Shown here: one piece after another, positions 18,914-27,460 of the stretch
Numbering within the stretch: the stretch's first letter is position 1
How the letters are laid out: every line of letters starts with the position of its first letter
NCBI GenBank assembly: GCA_963739915.1
Contig: CAVUCF010000027.1
Location: forward strand, 6,017 to 70,016
Direction of reading: 5' to 3'
DNA length: 64,000 bases
Source of the DNA: an uncultured Ignavibacteriaceae bacterium
GTDB taxonomy: Bacteria; Bacteroidota; Ignavibacteria; Ignavibacteriales; Ignavibacteriaceae
Notes under the pieces: model-generated
The model's input: the letters and a program-made list of their open reading frames with translations, nothing else
The model's database searches: none
What the model was told of the DNA's origin: nothing
Translations under genes and position numbers: made by a program

Positions 18914-19792
18914 TTATTTACTTAAATTTCTGTCTAATTGCAGTGTTACTTGTTCAATAATACCACCCTTGTTAAGGATGAAGCTGACCGTATTATTGTC
19001 ATAATCAATTTTGGTAAGGTATCCTAAGTAAACCTGTTCACCTTCCCAAACTAAATAAGTATTACCCTTGTTATCCGCAACGAATGCACCTTCAGGAATT
19101 AACGCAAGTAATCTGCCTCCCTGAACGTCAAGTAAGTTATCGACATTTGGAGGAATCTCATTTCTTATGAGAGGATAGAAGGCGTCATAAATCGGACCGG
19201 TAGCAAGATTATTTTCAACAAACTCAGCCGGTGCAAATCTGGTATCTGACGAAAAATAAACCTGTGCTATAAGCTCAAAGTTTACAAGGAAGAGCGGTAC
19301 TTCATCATCCGTCTTAACCAGATTGGAAAAAGTAAGTTTTCCGATCTTTTTTAGCTCCTTGCTTTGTTCGATAGCATAGATCATTTTATAAACGTCGTTA
19401 TAATTTCCACCGCCAGCAAGCTTGTATTCGTGAAAGAAAAACTCCTTGTCAGGTGCCTGTCTCAGGTACTCTATATTAACAGTTGTTTCCTTCGGGAATT
19501 CAGCAACAATGCTGTTAATGAAGTTATAGAACTTAATTGAGGAAACGTTCTGAGGAATATTGAACTTCCTGTTGGCAAGGATTGAATCTAACTCGGCTGA
19601 TCTTTTTTCGAGTTCAAGATACCGGTTGTTCAATTCTTCCGGATCATAAACATTCTTATTAAGTTCAGCCAGTTTTTCTTGTCTTTCTGATAAATCCCCT
19701 CGCTGAGCAACGAAGATATAAATACCACCGGCAACGAGGATAATTATCAGTAGTGCAAGCACACTGAGAGTGCTAATCAATTTCTTATTCAT
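18914..19792 (-). CDS. PilO-like pilus assembly protein with PilP-like C-terminal extension
   Basis: N-terminal TM helix, a coiled coil and a PilO-type alpha/beta domain to about residue 180, then about 110 further residues of beta-rich sequence. The call rests on operon position and architecture. Confidence 0.6.
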   Translation of the reverse strand: MNKKLISTLSVLALLIIILVAGGIYIFVAQRGDLSERQEKLAELNKNVYDPEELNNRYLELEKRSAELDSILANRKFNIPQNVSSIKFYNFINSIVAEFPKETTVNIEYLRQAPDKEFFFHEYKLAGGGNYNDVYKMIYAIEQSKELKKIGKLTFSNLVKTDDEVPLFLVNFELIAQVYFSSDTRFAPAEFVENNLATGPIYDAFYPLIRNEIPPNVDNLLDVQGGRLLALIPEGAFVADNKGNTYLVWEGEQVYLGYLTKIDYDNNTVSFILNKGGIIEQVTLQLDRNLSK

Positions 19793-21329
19793 TTTGATTC
19801 TTCTGATTTGAAATTTTAAAATTTAAATTGAACCTGTATGCACTCCTTTCCCTTAACTCTTCGTATAGCATACTTTGAAGCACTGCGTTATTGATTGAGT
19901 ATGCAAAATCTGTAAGGGAACTTCGTGTAAGAGAGTATCCTTCGGTTGTAACCTGGTCACCCTCATTACTCATTTTCGATATCCACATATTATTATTGTT
20001 TTGACAAAAACCTGATATCTTCTTTAATAAGCTCTGCCAAACTTCCGTGCCTGCAGCGGCTGAGTCTAAAATAGCCTGCGTTTGACCGAAACTGCTAATT
20101 TTTCCATCCAGGCTGGCAATCCTAACCAATACCTCCTGGTTCTGTCTCATAAGAATTGTTTTTGCTTCTATCTCTTTATCAAGCTCAGCAAGTGCTTTGT
20201 TATTATTTAGTACTTGTTGTGTGATAAAGAATGCAGCTACGAATAAAAGCGGTAAAAGTGCGTATCCATGCCAGGAAAACTGAAAGATTTTTTGTTCTTC
20301 TTTTATGTACTTTGGAAGTATGTGTAATCCGTGATGCTCTTTATTCAGTTCATCAAAATAATCAACTGCTATTGCTACAGGAATACTGAACGTAGAAAAT
20401 TTTTCTTTTGTTTCGTCATCAAGAGCTGATAAATCAAGATCATCAAATTCAAGCCGGCTTACATTTGCTTCGGGGAATGTTCCGTAAAATGATAATATGA
20501 TATTTTCAGAATCATCTTCTCCACAGACAATAATATTATCGAGAGAAGATATGCCTCCATTTTCCATCTCAAGTAATATTTTAGAAAAATAAACATCGTA
20601 GGTGTGAAGATTCTGAGTTCCAATATCAAGCGTGGTTCCAATGTGCTTTATTCTTCTTCCCTGTAAGAATATTAGTTTGCTATATTCCTTACCGATATAT
20701 ACAATCAAAGAATGATCATCCGGGAAGAATTTTTTCCTTTTAGCAACGTAATAAGCAAGCGAAAGATCTGAGCTTTTAATAGTGGGAATATTGAAACCTC
20801 GTTTACCCTTTTGCCTTGCAAGCGAATTGATCATGCTTGCACAAGGAATGTTTTCTGTTACGAAAACGGCAAGCAAGGCTTTATCAGAAAGTTCAACGAA
20901 ATCAATACTGCTTTTATCAACTAAGATATTTTTTGACTCTAAAATATCGTTGATTATAGCCTGTCTGAGCTTGGCAGGATTTTGATGTCTCTCACCTTCA
21001 TAAAGATGATAGTAAATATTTGGCTCAGTTAAAGCAGGTAGAAAAAGGTGCTTGCTTAAATTAAATCCACTAAGCGTTGCACTAAGCTCGGTCATTCCCG
21101 AGAAATCCAGGTCTCCTTTAGAAGATATAGAGTCATCTAATCCTTCTAATTGAAGAGATTCTTCTTCCACCTTAAAACCACCACCGGGTTTATCCAGACT
21201 GGCGGCAGATTTTGAATGACTTATTGAAGCTGTTTTAAGAACTGCCGGTTTGCCGGTTGCTGAGTCCTTACTAATAACAGCCAGTTTAATGTCACTGCTT
21301 TCACAATATATTGAAATTAATGGTTTCAT
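19785..21329 (-). CDS. PilM-PilN fusion (actin-like ATPase fold + TM + PilN-like periplasmic domain)
   Basis: About 345 aa are PilM-like (IVYIGKEYSKL, LDIGTQN). Then come ILPKYIKEEQK, a TM helix, a coiled coil and a C-terminal domain typical of PilN. There is a 4-bp overlap with pilT and an 8-bp overlap with the next gene. Confidence 0.6.
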   Translation of the reverse strand: MKPLISIYCESSDIKLAVISKDSATGKPAVLKTASISHSKSAASLDKPGGGFKVEEESLQLEGLDDSISSKGDLDFSGMTELSATLSGFNLSKHLFLPALTEPNIYYHLYEGERHQNPAKLRQAIINDILESKNILVDKSSIDFVELSDKALLAVFVTENIPCASMINSLARQKGKRGFNIPTIKSSDLSLAYYVAKRKKFFPDDHSLIVYIGKEYSKLIFLQGRRIKHIGTTLDIGTQNLHTYDVYFSKILLEMENGGISSLDNIIVCGEDDSENIILSFYGTFPEANVSRLEFDDLDLSALDDETKEKFSTFSIPVAIAVDYFDELNKEHHGLHILPKYIKEEQKIFQFSWHGYALLPLLFVAAFFITQQVLNNNKALAELDKEIEAKTILMRQNQEVLVRIASLDGKISSFGQTQAILDSAAAGTEVWQSLLKKISGFCQNNNNMWISKMSNEGDQVTTEGYSLTRSSLTDFAYSINNAVLQSMLYEELRERSAYRFNLNFKISNQKNQNE

Positions 21330-22555
21330 TTTGCTGACAACAATTGGTTGATTCTTGTTTTATTATTTGAATAAGTGATCGCTGTTTCAAGCGATATCCT
21401 TTTCTGATCATATAAACGCTTTAAATCCTGCTCCATAGTAAGCATGCCCAGCGGGCCGCCCTGGTTTATCATCATATAAATTTCACTGAGATTATTATTC
21501 TTTATAGCAGCTTTAACACTCGGTGTTATTATCAATACTTCTTTAGCTAACATAACTTTTCCATCAAGACTAGGTACCAGTTTCTGGGAAACAACAGATA
21601 CTAAAACATCTGCTAATCTGTTTCTAACCCTTTCCTGTTCAACTGCATCTACTTCTGCTATAATTCTTTCGATTGATTCAGTGGCTGATGATGTGTGCAA
21701 TGTGGAGAACACTTTATGACCGGTATCGGTAACTTCAAGAGCTGCCATTATAGTATCAGGATCTCTCATTTCACCTATTATTATAATATCCGGATCCTGT
21801 CTTAATGATTGTATAACACCTTCTTTAAATGAAAGAACATCTCTTCCAACTTCTCTGTGCTTAATAAGGCAAAAATTTGAACTATGCACATACTCAATTG
21901 GTGCTGCTATTATAATAAGGTGAGCGGGATCAAACTTATTATGAAAATCTACGATCGAGTCTAGTGTCGTTGATTTACCTGAACCGGTGATTCCTGTAAC
22001 AAGTGTTAATCCGAATTTAATGTAACTATGACTTAAGTATTTAAGTGCAGTGGGATGAAAATCAAGTGATGCAAGTGGACGAATATTAGTATTGATTGCT
22101 CTCATACTGCATCCAAGAGTGTCAAGATCAAAGTAAGCATCAGCTCTGAACCTTACATTAATTTTTCTTCTTTCATAGAAGAACGTGTAGCTAAAGTCAA
22201 GGTTTCTGGTTGCTGCAATATATTTCTTCTGATTTGAATTAAACATATTAGCAATAAGCAGAGCAGATTCATCTTCGGATAGTTGTGGCAGGTCTTTTAC
22301 TCTCTCCAGTTTCCCATAAATCCTCATCCAAAAATAACCTTCATTACCATGTCCACCAATTTCAATATCGGATGCATCCCGTTCAATCATCGAGGTGAGA
22401 ACTCTGTTAATAAATTTTCTCAAAAGAACTATTTCATCTTCTTTGAGCTTACCACTATTTTCAAGAATGTAAGCAACACGGTCCGGTCCGTAAACAGACT
22501 CAGGAATTCTTGCGCAAAAATCTGATAAAATCTTTTTTTCTTCTTTGACTATCAA
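21326..22555 (-). CDS. pilT: PilT-family type IV pilus retraction ATPase
   Basis: Walker A GITGSGKST, the Asp box/Walker B IIIIGEMRD, the His box TGHKVFSTLHT, and no N-terminal GspE-N domain. Confidence 0.85.
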   Translation of the reverse strand: MIVKEEKKILSDFCARIPESVYGPDRVAYILENSGKLKEDEIVLLRKFINRVLTSMIERDASDIEIGGHGNEGYFWMRIYGKLERVKDLPQLSEDESALLIANMFNSNQKKYIAATRNLDFSYTFFYERRKINVRFRADAYFDLDTLGCSMRAINTNIRPLASLDFHPTALKYLSHSYIKFGLTLVTGITGSGKSTTLDSIVDFHNKFDPAHLIIIAAPIEYVHSSNFCLIKHREVGRDVLSFKEGVIQSLRQDPDIIIIGEMRDPDTIMAALEVTDTGHKVFSTLHTSSATESIERIIAEVDAVEQERVRNRLADVLVSVVSQKLVPSLDGKVMLAKEVLIITPSVKAAIKNNNLSEIYMMINQGGPLGMLTMEQDLKRLYDQKRISLETAITYSNNKTRINQLLSAK

Positions 22556-22765
22556 CTTACAACCTTCTATTTGACTATTTACTAACCACTAAGACTTAGT
22601 TACTAACATGTTTTATTCCAACAGAAAACATAATAATAGGTCATAAAATCTTCCCCAAAACAAAAAAAATGCTGATTATTGACAAATTTATAACCACTTG
22701 TAAAAAATTTTAACGACCAAAACCACCCAACCTATTAAGTAAAACTTACTGAAAAATTGAAAATA

Positions 22766-24557
22766 TTAATCTTCAGTTGTTGATGAAAGAACTTCTTCAA
22801 GAGAAGTCATCCCAAGCTTAACCTTCTCAAATCCTGACTCTCTTAAGTTCAATGTTCCATCCTTCTTAGCCTGAACTTTAAGCAATTCTTCATCTACATC
22901 TTCTCCGGATTTTACAACCTGATGTCTTAACTCTTTAGTAAAATACAATGCTTCGTGTATTGCCATACGACCTTTGTAACCTGTTCCACCACACTCATCG
23001 CAACCAACAGCACGATAAGTTTCGTACTGCTTCCACTCTTCAATATTTAATCCTGCAACTTCCATAGTAACTTCATCGTGTTCAGTAACTCTCTTCTTAC
23101 ATTTCGAGCAAAGTTTTCGAATTAATCTTTGAGCAACTATAAGATTAATTGCATAAGCTATCAGGAAGGGTTCAATGCCCATTTTAAATAATCTTGATAC
23201 TGCACTTGTTGCATCATTAGTATGTAAAGTTGAAAATGTTAAGTGACCTGTGTTCGCTAATTTAATAGCTGTTTCAGCGGTCTCTTTATCTCTCATCTCA
23301 CCAACAAGCACTATATCCGGGTCGTGTCTTAAGATAGATCTGATAGCTTGTTCAAAATTCATCTTGTAGCCAATCTTTAGTTGACGAGCACCTTCAATAA
23401 CGTACTCAACAGGATCTTCTACCGTAAGAACATTCACTTCAGGATTGACAACCTGGTAAAGTGCAGCAACGAGCGTTGTACTTTTACCGCTTCCTGTGGG
23501 ACCGGTAAGTATTACCATTCCCTGTGGCTGATTAATTGCTTTAATAAATTTTTCTTTTGCTACACCCGTTAGCCCAAGCTTTTCAAGATCCCTAATAACT
23601 TTTCGGTCATCAAGAATTCTTATTACAACACTTTCAAATTTATTCTTCAATTCCGTTCCAACCATTGGCAGAACAGAAACTCTGAACCTGATAATGTATC
23701 CGTCTATTGCTCTCTGAATAAAACCATCTTGTGCAGTCTCACGCTCAAACCTATCCATGCCTTTTCCACGATCTTTAACAACTGCGATAACAGCTTCGGG
23801 CAAAGTATTTTCCTGCACATGCCACAAACGCAATGTTCCATCAATTCTCATATATATTTCAGGACCGATGACCACTGCATGGTATGAAGTGAACATCACT
23901 CGCACCCTTACGAACAGCTTCGAGCAATGCACCTTCAACAAGGTTTATCAGTGCACTCTTATTAATTTCCGCATCGAGTTCATCTTCATCAAGATCTTCC
24001 CGGTCTTCACTCGGAGCGAGGTTTTCCATTTCATCTGAAATGTTCTTCAGAAACACATTTTCCGGCGGGATGATTTTTTCTATCAGCCGATCGTAGTCTT
24101 TTTTCTTAATGAAGATTACTTCATACTTTTTAGCATTTAGACCAAAAGCAACTTTCGGAACATTTCTGTTAGTAGGATCTGTTGCGGCGATAATTAATTT
24201 ATCTTTTGTCTGTTCGTCATAAATAAATGGTATGATCTTGTCCCTGAGCATAAGTTCTTTAAGCTCTTCCCCACCACCTTCAATCATATTACGTATAGTT
24301 TCAAGGTAATCAGGCTGTATAGTCGCCAAATCAATATCGAGCTCGCGGAAGGCATAAAGAATTGCTACTTCTCTGAAAATAATATCGTGGTCATAATTAA
24401 AGTCATCAACAAGTATCTGGGCAAGGTTTCTTCTTAGCTTGTTACGATCATTGAACTTTGCATTAAGAGCTTTGTCCAATGTTGCGGCATCAATAATTCC
24501 CTTTTTAAAGAGCAGATAGCCTATTTTATCGTTAACTTCCAATTTTGTCTCAATCAT
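22766..24557 (-). pseudogene. pilB: PilB/GspE-family assembly ATPase, split by one frameshift near 23868-23885
   Basis: ORF 24557-23859 holds the GspE-N domain plus ...GASDVHFIP. ORF 23941-22766 continues with ...VVIGPEIYMRIDG, Walker A GPTGSGKSTT, VGEMRD, TGHLTFSTLHTN and the tetracysteine CSKC...CDEC. Confidence 0.85.
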
Positions 24558-24576
24558 TTATCAGCCTTGGACTTTC

Positions 24577-25920
24577 CTAATTCACGCCAGGTGTTTTGGG
24601 TCTTACTGTAGCAGTCTCAGCAGAAACAAGAGTCAATGCTATCATTATTACCATTATTACCATCGCAATAGTTACCTGAATAATTTCAATAAGGTTCTTT
24701 AAGCGGAACACCGTTTCACTCTCATAATAGTTTGCTAATTGCAACGCTGTATTTTTAATTGTACCTGACTCTTCACCAGAGTGAATTCTTGAGATAGCCG
24801 TTTCTGTAAAAACACCCGAAGCTTCAAAAGCGTCGGTAACTCCCACACCCTTTTTAAGCATAAGAGGGATGGCAATATTTTTAATCCGATTTTCAAAGTA
24901 CGTGTTACCAGTAGCTTCCGCAGCAATTCTTATAGGCTCGATACTTTCAGCAGAGCCATGATAAAGTGTATAAAACACGCGGCAAAAAACTTCAATACAA
25001 GTTTTGTGAATTAAGCTTCCTATTACAGGCAACTTTAAAATATATTCATCAAAAAGCAGTCTGCCTTTTTTAGTACGCACAAATTGAAATAATGCAATTG
25101 GAGGAATGAAAAGCACTCCTGCAATCAGCCAGGGGTTTCCCACTAAGAAATCACTCAGCTTAAGTGTGAATGCAGTCATCGGAGGTAATTCAATTCCAAA
25201 ACGAACGAACAGTTTTGCGGTCTCTGGAAAGATATAACCAACGTAAAAAATTACAGCCAGAAATAAAACAAAGAGCGTAACCATCGGAGTTATGAGGGCA
25301 CTTCTTAAGCTCTTTCTGAATTCCTGTTGTCTTTCAAGGAACTTTGCGGTTGCAATATAAATCTCTGCCATGTTACCACTCTTGGATGCAAGTCCAAGCA
25401 TATAAGCAGTAAACTTTCCAAATATATTTTGATACTTTAAGAAAGTTGCTTCAGAGTCGGCACCTTTCTTAAGATCATTGCTTATTTCTTTTAATGTGTT
25501 TCTTAATGCTGCGTTTTGTGTGTCGTTAGTAAGCAGTGTTAAAATTTCACCGTAGCCAAGTTTCTGGTTTAATAATTCTGCACTTATTTTTACAAAAGTC
25601 ACTATCTCATTATTTGGTGGTTTACGCTGAAAATCTAATAGTTTTCTATTAACAGATAATATGCTATATCCCAACCTGGTTAAAGCCTCTTCAACCTCTT
25701 TTTTAGTGTACGCTTTCTGCTCGCCACGAATTGGTTTGTCTTTTCCTTTGCGAACACGATATAGATAAGTAGATTTCCTTTGAACATCATTAAGTTTTAA
25801 CTTATTCTTTTCTACAAGTTTCTGAATCTTTTTCTTCCCCTCAATGGATGAACCGGCCGTAACCGTTCCCGTAATTGCCTGACCATTAGGTTTAAGCGCT
25901 GTGAATTTTAACTCAACCAT
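24577..25920 (-). CDS. pilC: PilC/GspF-family platform protein
   Basis: 447 aa with a duplicated T2SS-F domain and three TM segments. Confidence 0.85.
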   Translation of the reverse strand: MVELKFTALKPNGQAITGTVTAGSSIEGKKKIQKLVEKNKLKLNDVQRKSTYLYRVRKGKDKPIRGEQKAYTKKEVEEALTRLGYSILSVNRKLLDFQRKPPNNEIVTFVKISAELLNQKLGYGEILTLLTNDTQNAALRNTLKEISNDLKKGADSEATFLKYQNIFGKFTAYMLGLASKSGNMAEIYIATAKFLERQQEFRKSLRSALITPMVTLFVLFLAVIFYVGYIFPETAKLFVRFGIELPPMTAFTLKLSDFLVGNPWLIAGVLFIPPIALFQFVRTKKGRLLFDEYILKLPVIGSLIHKTCIEVFCRVFYTLYHGSAESIEPIRIAAEATGNTYFENRIKNIAIPLMLKKGVGVTDAFEASGVFTETAISRIHSGEESGTIKNTALQLANYYESETVFRLKNLIEIIQVTIAMVIMVIMIALTLVSAETATVRPKTPGVN

Positions 25921-26041
25921 CTTCCACTCTTTATTGATGAATTTATTGTTTTGATTTCAACGTCAAATTTGGTTCCGAAATTTTCATTGATTTTTTGCAC
26001 AATTCATACAGTTTAATATTTGAAGAGAAGTAAAAAGTTGT

Positions 26042-26081
26042 TTAAAAAGAAAAAGGCTGCAATATTTTCTATTGCAGCCTT
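26042..26081 (-). terminator. rho-independent terminator after the pilin-like gene pair
   Basis: AAGGCTGCAAT-ATTTTCT-ATTGCAGCCTT. On the minus strand it is followed by TTTTTCTTTTT. Confidence 0.75.
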
Positions 26082-26184
26082 AAACTTTAATGAATGCTAT
26101 CTAAGATAGCAAAGATATGTTTACGGGATTTATTACCGTTTAATACTAGTCGGTGTAACTGTTGTCTCAACAGTCCAAGTATAA

Positions 26185-26514
26185 CTAGCTTCTAACGGGT
26201 GTTCCGGTAAGCACTACTTGCTGTGCTTCTATAGCAGCACTATAACTACCATTAGCAGTATTTACTAAGTTTAACGGAATTGCCCAGGTTACACCATTTA
26301 CTCCAGTTCCATCAAATGTATTTCCGCCACCGCCCATTGATCCAGGCTTTTTGTAATGCTGCTGTGCCATAGCACCTAAGTTAGTATTATCGGATACGAC
26401 TCCGTCTTTTGCTGCTTCTTCAGCATTTGCGTTGAAAAGATTAATACCAACAACTACAGCGATACCAACTATGATAACGCCAAGAACGATTAAGAGAAGC
26501 TGTTGCTGACCCAT
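26185..26514 (-). CDS. non-canonical pilin-like protein, paralog 2 (MGQQQLL N-terminus)
   Basis: 109 aa. MG, then QQQ, then a hydrophobic helix of about 22 aa (LLLIVLGVIIVGIAVVVGINLF), then a small soluble domain. GGAG RBS 9 nt upstream. An in-frame stop lies 33 nt upstream with no alternative start. Confidence 0.6.
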   Translation of the reverse strand: MGQQQLLLIVLGVIIVGIAVVVGINLFNANAEEAAKDGVVSDNTNLGAMAQQHYKKPGSMGGGGNTFDGTGVNGVTWAIPLNLVNTANGSYSAAIEAQQVVLTGTPVRS

Positions 26515-26572
26515 TTTTTTACTCCTGTTTTTGTTTGAGTTAAGTTAATTATGTGTTATTGTTAATTATGAG

Positions 26573-26956
26573 TTAATGAATTACTTCCGTGTACAATTCA
26601 TCTGCGGTTACTACTGTCTCGACTTTTATCGAGTCTCCGCCTGTCACTACTTCACTTCCCGTGCCAGTTATCCTAATTTCATCTGCTTGAATATTTGCAG
26701 TCATAAAATTCCCATTGGCAGTTGTTACCATTTGGTATGGAATTGTCAAACCAAGAAATGACTTTCCGCCGCCGCCTAATTCTGTTGGTTTTTTAAAATA
26801 TTGTAAGGCCATTACACCTAAGCTTGTTGTTTCTTCAATTAAGATATCACGCTTTCCTTCAATTGCATTTGATCTAAACAACGAGATAGAGATAGCTATT
26901 GCTATTGCTACTATTATCAGCGCTAGTACTATCATTAAAAGTTGTTGTTGACCCAT
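26573..26956 (-). CDS. non-canonical pilin-like protein, paralog 1 (MGQQQLL N-terminus)
   Basis: 127 aa with the same N-terminus as paralog 2 and shared blocks LF..NA.E, T.LG.MA.Q..KKP, GGGG..F, TANG and TGT. AGGA RBS upstream. An in-frame TAA lies 18 nt upstream of the ATG. Confidence 0.6.
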   Translation of the reverse strand: MGQQQLLMIVLALIIVAIAIAISISLFRSNAIEGKRDILIEETTSLGVMALQYFKKPTELGGGGKSFLGLTIPYQMVTTANGNFMTANIQADEIRITGTGSEVVTGGDSIKVETVVTADELYTEVIH

Positions 26957-26993
26957 TATCTGATCCTGTGTTTAATAATTTTTGTTTTATGTT

Positions 26994-27010
26994 GAGTAAA
27001 AAGTATGCCA
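26994..27010 (-). promoter_or_regulatory. candidate sigma54 (-24/-12) promoter for the pilin-like genes
   Basis: The minus strand reads cTGGCATacttTTTACt. The GG sits at the correct spacing, but the -12 element is TTAC rather than TTGC. It lies about 40 nt upstream of the ATG at 26956. Confidence 0.35.
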
Positions 27011-27460
27011 GTGGAAATAAGAACAAAAATTTTGTCAAATTATTAAGAATTTAAAACGTCATAAATGACAAGGAAATATTTACCAGTAATATCTTCCATA
27101 ATTTCTTAAAGACTACTCGCTGGAAAGCAGAATTTTATTACTTGAGCTAACGTTATATCTGGTTAATTGATGTAAATGGGTATGAATACTAAGCTCAACG
27201 ACATGCTTGTCAAGAGCTGATTTATCTATTCAAAGGATGACCTATTATTACCGATTACTTATTGAGAGTGATTATTGGTGGGTAATATTTGCTTTTTTAC
27301 TTCTGTAAAAGTTACGGAGTATGCTAATATGGAAAATATAAACAGGGTATATTTTGAAGAAATGTCGGCGACGGTCACATCAGACGTTTAAGCAGGTATT
27401 TACAGGTAAATAAATTTTTAGTTAAAAAAATAAATAGCTTCATCAGCTAAAATTTACATC

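Noticed and set aside
22676-22712. TTGACA-N17-TAAAAA sigma70-like promoter on the plus strand in the pilB-pilT spacer.
   Set aside because: It would drive transcription antisense into pilB with no plus-strand gene downstream. Such matches are expected by chance in AT-rich DNA.
26094-26110. Perfect palindrome TGCTATCT-A-AGATAGCA, plus the hairpin ACTGTTG-TCTC-CAACAGT (26159-26176), just downstream of the second pilin-like gene.
   Set aside because: They lie between the stop codon and the strong terminator at 26042-26081. They are plausibly just part of the 3' UTR structure, and there is no evidence for a separate function.
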